This document shows, in pieces, positions 56,461 to 64,000 of a DNA stretch of 64,000 nucleotides. The notes under the pieces were generated by a model. The model made no database searches, had not been told where the DNA came from, and saw nothing but the letters and a program-made list of their open reading frames with translations. Within the stretch, counting starts at the first letter, position 1; each line of letters opens with the position of its first letter. Origin of the DNA: Candidatus Woesebacteria bacterium (GTDB lineage Bacteria > Patescibacteriota > Microgenomatia > UBA8517); the NCBI GenBank assembly GCA_013426185.1, contig CP058602.1:399123-463122 (forward strand), written 5' to 3'. The position numbers and the translations under genes were made by a program.

Positions 56461-57850
56461 TTTTGTTTTTCTCCCGAACAAAAACACGAAGCAGATTCCT
56501 TGAGACAACAATACCCGTAAACATACTAAGGCCCACTCCAAGCGCCAAAGTTATAGCAAAACCTCGCACAGGACCTGAAGTGTGCAAAAAACCCCAATCA
56601 AAAGGATTAGCAAGAACAAAGGCGGTAGTTAAAGTTGCAATATTGGCATCACGAATTGAATCCCAAGCTCTTCCAAAAGAAACTTCAAGAGCCTCGCGCA
56701 GTGGTCTTCTTGGCCTTTCTTCTTTAAACCTTTCAAAAATCAGGATATTGCTGTCAACCGCCATCCCAACTGAAAGCAAAAAGCCAGCAATACCAGGAAG
56801 AGTCAAGACAACAGGGATCAATTTATACAAAGCAAGACTGATAACAGCAAAGACAAAAAGAGCAATGCTGGCAATTAAACCAAGCCAACCGTAGGATAAA
56901 ACCATAAACAAAACAACCATAAAAAGACCTATCAATCCTGCTTGAATACTTCTTTGGATAGACTCTTCACCTAAAGTGGCACCGACAGTTCTTTGTTCAA
57001 TCAATTTAACAGGGACAGGGAGAGCTCCCGCATTAAGTTGTATGGTCATCTTTTTAGCCTCATCAAGCGTAAAGTCACCGGTAATCTGTGCCATACCGCC
57101 AGCTATCTTCTCTTTCACCAAAGGAGCAGAAATAATCTCATTATCAAGAAAAATAGGTAACACTTTATTAACATTTCTTTCGGTTAAAGTCTCAAACTTC
57201 TTTGCTCCCTCAGGAGTAAATTCAAGACTCACAGAAGGTTTACCTGTGGTATTGTCAAAAACTACACTTGCTTTTTTCAAATCAGCGCCAGTCAGATCAC
57301 TAAAGGTAAAAGGAAGCTCGTTTGTCTTTTTCTCTCCCTCTCCCTCTTTAATTTCCTTAACCTCTGCAAAGACAAGCTGAGCTGTCTGACCAATCAAAGC
57401 TGTAGCATCCCTAGGATCGCTTACTCCAGGCAATTCAACAATAATTCTGCTTTTGCCTTCAAATAAAGAGGTTTGAACATTGGGTTCTGACACGCCAAAA
57501 AAATTAACCCGCCTCTCAATCACTTCTTTAAGAGAAGAAAGAGCAGTTGCTTTTTCCCCTTCTGGAATTTTTGATAAATCAGCCTCAAAAACCAAGTGGC
57601 TGCCTCCCGCAAGATCAAGCCCTAAAACCAAATCAAGGCTTCTTTTAAATGAAAATCGACCCAACTTAAGATCAATATTGCCTCTTTCCAAAGTCTTGTC
57701 AAAAGAATATCTGCCTACTTTAAACTTTACAGGAAGTTTGGCTGGCAAGCTAATATAAAGGCAAATCAAGGTAACAAGAAAAATGGCAATAACCTTAAAA
57801 AGAGGTGACTTCATATAACCATTATTCCACAAGTCCTTCCTGATCTCCAA
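56453..57850 (-). CDS. secD: protein translocase subunit SecD
   Basis: 465 aa; periplasmic domain plus C-terminal 5 TM helices, SecD-like. Confidence 0.85.
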   Translation of the reverse strand: MEIRKDLWNNGYMKSPLFKVIAIFLVTLICLYISLPAKLPVKFKVGRYSFDKTLERGNIDLKLGRFSFKRSLDLVLGLDLAGGSHLVFEADLSKIPEGEKATALSSLKEVIERRVNFFGVSEPNVQTSLFEGKSRIIVELPGVSDPRDATALIGQTAQLVFAEVKEIKEGEGEKKTNELPFTFSDLTGADLKKASVVFDNTTGKPSVSLEFTPEGAKKFETLTERNVNKVLPIFLDNEIISAPLVKEKIAGGMAQITGDFTLDEAKKMTIQLNAGALPVPVKLIEQRTVGATLGEESIQRSIQAGLIGLFMVVLFMVLSYGWLGLIASIALFVFAVISLALYKLIPVVLTLPGIAGFLLSVGMAVDSNILIFERFKEERPRRPLREALEVSFGRAWDSIRDANIATLTTAFVLANPFDWGFLHTSGPVRGFAITLALGVGLSMFTGIVVSRNLLRVFVREKNKND

Positions 57851-58406
57851 TAATCATTATTCTGCTTGAAGAGAGAATTCCCAATAAAAATGGGTCACGC
57901 CTTTTTTTCCTAAATTCAAATTCCTCCCGCGACATCACTGTATAATTTATTTCCATATTACGACTTGCTTCTTCATATCTTATTAGGGACGCAAGTTCCG
58001 GTAAGACAATATCTCCAACCACAAGAATATCTACTTCATCCTCTTTTAATCTCCTCTCTCTTTTTACAAATCGTTCAGAAAACATTACCCAGTTGACATT
58101 GCCTATTTTTCTTCTGTTTTCAATAATTTTTTCCCCTATACCTGTGGTTTTAGCAACCATCGAAAGAATATCCTCAAAAAATGGATAATCCTGCCTTGGC
58201 CAATAGTAAACTCTGTTACCTCGCACTTCTTTTTTAATGACACCAGCCTTCTCAAGTTTTTCAAGCCCAAGCCTGACTGCATTAATTTCTTCTTTAATCT
58301 CACGGGCAATACCTCTTACATGATAGAGCTCATTAATATTGGAAAAAAATAATTCCAAAAGCTTTACCCTAACCCGAGAAGTTATGATATCTGAAAGACT
58401 TGCCAT
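57822..58406 (-). CDS. winged-helix DNA-binding protein with a C-terminal domain of unknown function
   Basis: 194 aa; N-terminal wHTH-like (VRVKLLELF...YHVRGIAREI...LEKLEKAGVI). Confidence 0.4.
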   Translation of the reverse strand: MASLSDIITSRVRVKLLELFFSNINELYHVRGIAREIKEEINAVRLGLEKLEKAGVIKKEVRGNRVYYWPRQDYPFFEDILSMVAKTTGIGEKIIENRRKIGNVNWVMFSERFVKRERRLKEDEVDILVVGDIVLPELASLIRYEEASRNMEINYTVMSREEFEFRKKRRDPFLLGILSSSRIMIIGDQEGLVE

Positions 58407-58424
58407 TTTAAGTTAAGGCAGGAA

Positions 58425-59627
58425 TTAATAATTGACTTTGTTGCCGATAGCTAAAATCTCTACCCAAATTGGACCTCTTACAAAAAAGATCTCTTTACCC
58501 TTTTTATCCCTAAAAATAATCATTGACTCTCGACTCTCTTTCTCCCAAGTTGCCTCAATCGCCTCACCATTTTGGAAAATCAAAGCATTCCCTTTACCTA
58601 TTGTTGTGTACAGATTATGTTTATTTCTGTCAACTGATGTTTTTTCTTGAGTAAAAATAATTGCCACATTCTTGGCTTTTATTTGCTCATTGTTCTCGTG
58701 ATCTTTATGTTCAACTCCGCCATTAAATCTTAAATACTCATTATTGGCAGGATTATATTTCCAAGTGACACTATATTCTGGCTTATTGCTCCAGAAGTCA
58801 AAAGATATTTCTTTCACTGACTGAGATTGAGATTTGCCATCAGCAAATCTCCACGGTTTAAAATTAATATCCCAAGAAACTCCATTTTTATCTTTGGCTG
58901 CAAAACCTCTCTTTTCTGCTTGCAAGTAAGCCTGATCAAGAGAAGCCATCATGGTATGTTCTGTCGCTACAGGGTGGTCAAGCCTATCATAATTGCGCCA
59001 AAAGACAGGATAGCCTGAATCGTAAGTTGTATCAAAATCATTACCCTGCGGGACTCTCCAACCCAAAGTCTGAAGGAGCTCAAGAGCGCGAGCTTCTTTT
59101 ATTGTATCGCCCGTTCCGGCAAAATCATTAGCACCTCCAACATGCATAAAGATAGGATTTTTACCATAGGCTGCAGCCAAATCAATGAAATAGACACGAG
59201 CAGACCTAACTGGCGCTACCTTAACATCTCCTGCTGCTGCGCCACAATAAAAAATGGCTAAAAATCGAGTAATTCCACCCTCTGCTACTGCCTCATAGAC
59301 AACATCAGCCTTAGAAATTCCAGATTGAGGCCTTGCATCAACCGAATTTTCTATGACAACAGCAATAGGCCTTCTTTTCTCCCAAACAGCTCTCTCAGGT
59401 TTACTAAACAAGGCCCCATTCAAAGGACATTCTTCAGTCTTGGGCAATCCTTCCCCAATCTTGGAACGAACCTGAGACAGATCACCTGAAACATCTACGT
59501 TATTTGAAGAAGATGTTTTACCACCAAGAAAAGAAAATATCGCAAGAGAAGCTCCTGCCGAAAAAAGATAAAGACCTAAAAAGGCCGATATCAACATAAT
59601 CCTTTTTGATGTTAGAAAATTTTTCAT
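58425..59627 (-). CDS. DUF3048 (YerB-like) lipoprotein/secreted protein
   Basis: 400 aa, signal peptide; RPIAVVIENS...ARPQSGISKADVVYEAVAEGGITRFLAIF matches DUF3048. Confidence 0.6.
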   Translation of the reverse strand: MKNFLTSKRIMLISAFLGLYLFSAGASLAIFSFLGGKTSSSNNVDVSGDLSQVRSKIGEGLPKTEECPLNGALFSKPERAVWEKRRPIAVVIENSVDARPQSGISKADVVYEAVAEGGITRFLAIFYCGAAAGDVKVAPVRSARVYFIDLAAAYGKNPIFMHVGGANDFAGTGDTIKEARALELLQTLGWRVPQGNDFDTTYDSGYPVFWRNYDRLDHPVATEHTMMASLDQAYLQAEKRGFAAKDKNGVSWDINFKPWRFADGKSQSQSVKEISFDFWSNKPEYSVTWKYNPANNEYLRFNGGVEHKDHENNEQIKAKNVAIIFTQEKTSVDRNKHNLYTTIGKGNALIFQNGEAIEATWEKESRESMIIFRDKKGKEIFFVRGPIWVEILAIGNKVNY

Positions 59628-60094
59628 TTTGTCTTGACCGCTTTTTCAAGAGCCTTCTTTTCCTCATCCGAAAGCTCATATTCGCTCTTTAAGTTCTTAA
59701 TAGGCTTCACATAGAGCCTCGTCCTCTCACGAGTGTGCAAACCTGTCATCACCCAACCATTATTTTTTCCATCCAAAAGAGCCAAAGAAAAACTATTATT
59801 ACCCCCTGTCTCATTGAAAGGATTAAATCTAATTAAACCCAACTTTTGAAAATGCGCCAATCCTTCTTCCGAATTCTTTCTTACCTCCTGTCTTAAACTC
59901 TCAACCGCTTTTATATTCTCCTTCTCCTTCTTAATTAAATCTTCAAAAATCTTAATAAACCCCTGTTTATCGTTGTCTTTAATTAGCCTGTTTAATCTCA
60001 GAAAGAACCAAAGAAATACTCCTGAGAGTACAACAAGATAAATACTAACAAAAAAAAGCCAAATAAAAAAGGGATTGTTAAAATCCATAACCAA
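59624..60094 (-). CDS. DUF4446-family membrane-anchored protein
   Basis: 156 aa, N-terminal TM; RFNPFNETGGNNSFSLALLD...GLHTRERTRLYVKPI matches DUF4446. 4-nt overlap with the DUF3048 gene. Confidence 0.55.
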   Translation of the reverse strand: MVMDFNNPFFIWLFFVSIYLVVLSGVFLWFFLRLNRLIKDNDKQGFIKIFEDLIKKEKENIKAVESLRQEVRKNSEEGLAHFQKLGLIRFNPFNETGGNNSFSLALLDGKNNGWVMTGLHTRERTRLYVKPIKNLKSEYELSDEEKKALEKAVKTK

Positions 60095-60126
60095 AAATCA
60101 AACTTGAAAACTTTAACATTGTCGCA

Positions 60127-60148
60127 TCTTGACTTTTTTATGTCAAGA
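60127..60148. promoter_or_regulatory. palindrome tcttgac-N8-gtcaaga in a divergent intergenic region
   Basis: 7-bp arms, T-rich spacer, contains a TTGAC -35-like element. Confidence 0.3.
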
Positions 60149-60509
60149 CTTTCAATTTTATTTAAATACCGAAGCCTGCCCTTGTTTTCAATATAAAATT
60201 CGTATATAAATTAAAATGATGAGCGAGCGAAGAACTAAAGAGAAAAAGAGCATGGCTAACTATCAATTTCTCCTAAAATTAAACCAGGAGGGCTCAACTC
60301 CCAAGATAAGCTTTGTTAAGCCAGAATCATCCATACAAATTACAAAAGAAAAACAGAATATACCCGTCCAAAAAAACACAACAAAACCCCTAAGCGAAGT
60401 CGGTATCACTTTCATAAAAAGGGATATCTTCAAAAGTCTGAGCCTGGCAACTTTCATCTTAGTCTTAGAGATAGTGCTATACTTTGTTCTTAGATAGGGG
60501 GTGAGAAAC

Positions 60510-60644
60510 ATGATGTATTGCGTTAAGTGCCGATCTAAAAGAGAAGGCAAAAACAAGACAGAAGTTGCTCTTAAAAACGGCAAGAAGGCGACAAAAGCAA
60601 TCTGTGAAGTTTGTGGCACCACTATGTTTAAGATCGGAGGCTAA
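60510..60644 (+). CDS. small zinc-ribbon protein (44 aa, CxxC...CxxC)
   Basis: Not in the ORF track (<60 aa): [44 protein letters not shown]. Preceded by RBS ggggtgag. Confidence 0.45.
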   Translation: MMYCVKCRSKREGKNKTEVALKNGKKATKAICEVCGTTMFKIGG

Positions 60645-60655
60645 AACCACCCTTA

Positions 60656-61315
60656 TTGAAAAGTACAAAAGAGAATTTGAAAGTGGGTTTGTGTTTCCAA
60701 AAAATGGTTAGCATTAAAAAAGTTCTAGCTACTTTCCAAAAAAAACCTCTAAATGTTCCTCTTGAGGTCTATAAAGATGATTACAAAATATTAATTTCGA
60801 CGCTTTTATCTTCAAGAACAAAGGATGAAACCACATTTAAAGCTGCTGAAAGACTCTTCAAAAAAGCTCCCAATTTTAAAAAACTAAGTGTCTTAAAACA
60901 GAAAGAAATTGAAATACTTATTTATCCTGTCGGCTTTTACAAAACAAAAGCAAAACATCTAAAAGAATTATCCAAGATAATCCTAAAGAAATATCAAGGC
61001 AAAGTGCCTGTAACAAGAACCGACCTTGTCAGTTTGCCTGGTGTGGGAAGAAAAACAGCCAATTTAGTCTTGAATCGAGCTTTCAAAAAACCCGCAATCG
61101 CCGTTGACACTCATGTCCATAAAATTAGTAATCTTTTGGGTTGGGTAAAGACAAAAACACCAGAAGAAACAGAAAAAGAGTTGATCAAAATTGTGCCCAA
61201 AAAATATTGGAAGGATATAAACCGTCTTTTTGTTTCAATAGGAAGGCAATATAACACAAAAGAAAAGTTAGTTGGTTTCTTAAAAGAAAAGGGGCTTATT
61301 GGTAAGCAGCAATAG
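60656..61315 (+). CDS. HhH-GPD base-excision repair glycosylase (endonuclease III-like, no Fe-S cluster)
   Basis: 219 aa; [16 protein letters not shown] HhH-GPD. C-terminus lacks the 4-Cys cluster. Confidence 0.75.
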   Translation: MKSTKENLKVGLCFQKMVSIKKVLATFQKKPLNVPLEVYKDDYKILISTLLSSRTKDETTFKAAERLFKKAPNFKKLSVLKQKEIEILIYPVGFYKTKAKHLKELSKIILKKYQGKVPVTRTDLVSLPGVGRKTANLVLNRAFKKPAIAVDTHVHKISNLLGWVKTKTPEETEKELIKIVPKKYWKDINRLFVSIGRQYNTKEKLVGFLKEKGLIGKQQ

Positions 61316-61925
61316 CCACTCCAAAACCATTCTGGGCATAGGTACAACCCCAAACATACTCGCCACCTGTTAAAAGCTTCTTGTGACCCAAAGTGTCAAG
61401 CCAACTATCAACCGCTTCCTGAGGTGAACTTGCTCCAGCTATTAAAAATTCGCTAATATTATACCTTTCAAAAATCCATTTTAAATCAGGCCGTCTTTTA
61501 GGAAGATTAGAAAAACCTTCATGCCCATCAAGTTTGCCAAGTTCTAAGAGCTCGTTTAGACGAATCGAGGCAATGGTGCAAAGCTCGTCAGCTTGTTTTA
61601 AGGGGTTAACTCCATGTTCAACTCGAGATTTGTTTACGGCCTCCCAAAGCTGCGGGCCTGTCCAATCAACACTTTTCTTTTTTGGCGGCAAAGAAGGCGA
61701 AACTATTAAAGTCGGCACCGGAGTTTTCGTAGATAAACCTGAACCTTCTTCCTGCCTAGACTTAATTTGGGATAAATAATTAGAAAACTCATTTATACTT
61801 GAAATTTCTCCCTTCTTAAACCCCAGCAAATAGGCAACTACCACCAACGAAATTACCAAAAAGACAACAAAAATAAAGTAAAAGACATCAAAAATGATTC
61901 TCCAATTAATTTTCATTTGAATCAA
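61296..61925 (-). CDS. CAP (SCP/PR-1/YkwD-like) domain secreted protein
   Basis: 209 aa, N-terminal TM; CAP motifs [20 protein letters not shown]. Confidence 0.6.
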   Translation of the reverse strand: MIQMKINWRIIFDVFYFIFVVFLVISLVVVAYLLGFKKGEISSINEFSNYLSQIKSRQEEGSGLSTKTPVPTLIVSPSLPPKKKSVDWTGPQLWEAVNKSRVEHGVNPLKQADELCTIASIRLNELLELGKLDGHEGFSNLPKRRPDLKWIFERYNISEFLIAGASSPQEAVDSWLDTLGHKKLLTGGEYVWGCTYAQNGFGVAIAAYQ

Positions 61926-62352
61926 GGATAATGGTCACAGGCCCATCAAGCTCCAAGCTGATCTTCATATAACTTCCAAATTTACCAGTCTCCACCTCGA
62001 TACCCAAATTCTTTAGCTTTTCTATAAAAAGATTATAAAGTTTTAAAGCAAGTTCCGGCTCTGCTGCTTTAATAAAAGATGGTCTGTTACCACCTTTAGT
62101 GTCAGCATAAAGAGTAAACTGAGAAACAACAAGCACTTTACCTTCCACATCCTTAACTGCAAGATTTATTTTTCCCTTTTCATCAGACATTACCCTTAAT
62201 TTGGCTAGTTTTTCTGCAAGAAAAAGAGCATCCTCTTCTTTATCTCCTTTTGAAACTCCAAGAAGCACAAAAAGACCTCTCTTGATTTTACCCACAATTT
62301 TTCCCTCGTTTTTTACTTCAGCTTGATCTACCCTTTGCATAATAAGCCTCAT
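61906..62352 (-). CDS. dtd: D-aminoacyl-tRNA deacylase
   Basis: 148 aa; MRLIMQRV...SQFTL...GNRPSF. Confidence 0.85.
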   Translation of the reverse strand: MRLIMQRVDQAEVKNEGKIVGKIKRGLFVLLGVSKGDKEEDALFLAEKLAKLRVMSDEKGKINLAVKDVEGKVLVVSQFTLYADTKGGNRPSFIKAAEPELALKLYNLFIEKLKNLGIEVETGKFGSYMKISLELDGPVTIILDSNEN

Positions 62353-62451
62353 AAGTCAATTCTATCAGATTTTAATGGAGAGATAACAATTTATCAAAGC
62401 TTAATTCCCAAAGCTCATAAGTGTAGATTACAATAGTTGTTTAGATTTCTT

Positions 62452-62826
62452 TCAGACATCATCTTCTTTCTTGAGATAACGATTAATTGAAACCAGATTC
62501 TCTCCTGTAAGAACAACAAACGATTCACCATTACTTTTAAGGTTTCCGATTTGCCTTACCTTACAACTGGATCTGAAAAGATGCTTTTTTGGAGTCTCTG
62601 TCACTTCAACAAGCTTTGATTTGCCTGCTTTGAGATTAGTAACTCTGAAATCAATTAACGAAGAACCACCATTACCATTTTGATGATTATGACCATTAAT
62701 TGGCACCTGATACTCCAACTTGATATGAGGCTTACCAAGACAAGCTTCGGCAAAAGTCCTTTCTCCCCAATTTTTGATTCTTTCAAGATCTTGAAATGTT
62801 AAAATTTTTACATTTTCAGTACTCAA
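62452..62826 (-). CDS. hypothetical protein
   Basis: 124 aa, no motif. Confidence 0.4.
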   Translation of the reverse strand: MSTENVKILTFQDLERIKNWGERTFAEACLGKPHIKLEYQVPINGHNHQNGNGGSSLIDFRVTNLKAGKSKLVEVTETPKKHLFRSSCKVRQIGNLKSNGESFVVLTGENLVSINRYLKKEDDV

Positions 62827-63041
62827 TTGTTTAACGGCAGACTAAAAAGGAAATTACTATTTAAAAAGTAAATTTTCAACCCCCAAAAATGCTTAAAATT
62901 GTAATAGAATTAAACACATAAAAATATCTATATTTTCAATCCATATTTATAAAAATATGAGTTTTTACATCTTACTAATCTTTAGACTTTCAAAAAGGCA
63001 AAAACATCCTCTCTAAATTTTTTGGCATTCAACCAAAATTG

Positions 63042-63694
63042 CTAATCTTCGCGGAGACGGTATTGAAGAGCCTCGGCTAAATGATTGACAGCAATTTCTT
63101 TATCAGAAGATAAATCAGCAATTGTCCTTGCCACTTTTATAACTTTAAAATAAGCGCGCGCTGAAAGATTAAGGCTCGAGATCGCGCTTCTTAATATTGT
63201 GCGACACTCATCGGATAGGGGACAGTATTTTTTAACATCTTTTGTCCCCATCTCAGCATTTGATTTGAGCTTTGTTCCTTGAAAACGCTTTGTTTGTGCT
63301 TCCCTTGCCTTCTGAACTCGCTTCTGGATTTCCTTTGAAGTCTCTGCCTTGTTTTGGCTTGAGAAACCAATTTTTGCGTCTCAACTGATGGAACCTCAAT
63401 ATGAAGGTCAATTCTATCAAGAATTGGCCCTGAGATTCTTTTCTGATATCTTGAGATCTGGCCTGGCGCACATTTGCAAGGCCTTTTAGGATCGCCAAAA
63501 TAGCCGCAAGGACAAGGGTTTGAGGCGGCGACTAAAAGAAACTGAGCAGGATAGGTAACTGAGCCTCTGGCGCGGGAAATCGAAACTTTTCCATCTTCCA
63601 AGGGTTGCCTTAAACTTTCCAAAACATTGCGCGGAAACTCAGGAAATTCATCCAGAAATCGGAATCCTCGAAGGACAAATAAAAAAGGCTTCAT
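63042..63694 (-). pseudogene. ComM/YifB (Mg-chelatase-like AAA+) C-terminal remnant, frameshifted and N-terminally truncated
   Basis: Two overlapping ORFs in different frames carry FLDEFPEF (Walker B end), [19 protein letters not shown] and the ComM C-terminal domain. The ~300-aa N-terminal part with Walker A is absent. Confidence 0.65.
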
Positions 63695-63746
63695 AACCTC
63701 TTAAATTATCCCACAAAATTAAGGCGCAATCCCAGGGCAAAAAACC

Positions 63747-64000
63747 ATGACTGCCCAAAGATTGTCACAAATTCAAACTCTAAGGAAGCGAAATGTCAAG
63801 CGATTTTTAGATTGGGACGCAAACACCGACATTCTCAAAGACTACTTCGCAGGGTTGACCCTCGAACAAATGGTCGCCAAAAACGGTAAAGACTCTTATG
63901 CAGTAAATAGAATCCTCCTCACCAACATATCCGAAAACTGGGAACGAGACAGGCGCATCCTAAGCGATTACCTCTACTCTCCGCTGTCGATAAAAGATAT
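63747..64000 (+). CDS. partial ORF running off the window end (hypothetical)
   Basis: At least 84 codons from ATG (MTAQRLSQIQTLRKRNVKRFLDWDANTD...), no stop before the window end. Sits where the comM 5' portion would be expected. Confidence 0.3.
   Translation, partial: MTAQRLSQIQTLRKRNVKRFLDWDANTDILKDYFAGLTLEQMVAKNGKDSYAVNRILLTNISENWERDRRILSDYLYSPLSIKD

Overview
Low-GC, gene-dense bacterial chromosome segment. The gene content (small proteins, archaeal-type AspRS, compact Rel, CAP, SIMPL and DUF3048 proteins, large AT-rich satellite-like spacers) looks like a CPR/Patescibacteria-type genome, but that is an inference. Most of the window is housekeeping: tgt, secA, rarA, xseAB, hisS, gltX, aspS, rel/spoT, recJ, cca, secDF, dtd, a metal ABC transporter and an ArsR/thioredoxin/permease operon. 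Several accessory or unusual regions stand out. (1) About 11300-22600 is a visibly GC-richer island. It carries a Gram-positive-type T4SS-like gene set: a VirB4-like ATPase, a bifunctional SLT+M23 wall hydrolase, a polytopic VirB6-like lipoprotein, a small 2-TM protein and a second P-loop NTPase. Every transcription unit in it is preceded by a copy of a modular ~150-260 bp hairpin-rich repeat, and it ends at a non-canonical tRNA-like gene. (2) A ~5.9 kb cassette (2588-8462) is bracketed by 39-bp imperfect direct repeats that both encode the SecA C-terminus, with a degraded DDE (rve) transposase at one end. (3) A tRNA-Gln carries an upstream duplicated 5'-half pseudo-copy, and the two bracket a GIY-YIG gene. 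(4) A PP2C phosphatase gene is interrupted by an in-frame TGA exactly at a conserved Gly codon. (5) A perfect 23-bp palindrome TTGACAAGG-N5-CCTTGTCAA recurs three times near DNA-repair genes. (6) Three AT-rich low-complexity spacer regions share motif families. (7) A comM remnant sits at the right edge. No CRISPR array or rRNA was seen. All calls come from reading the sequence and the ORF translations by eye; no searches were run.
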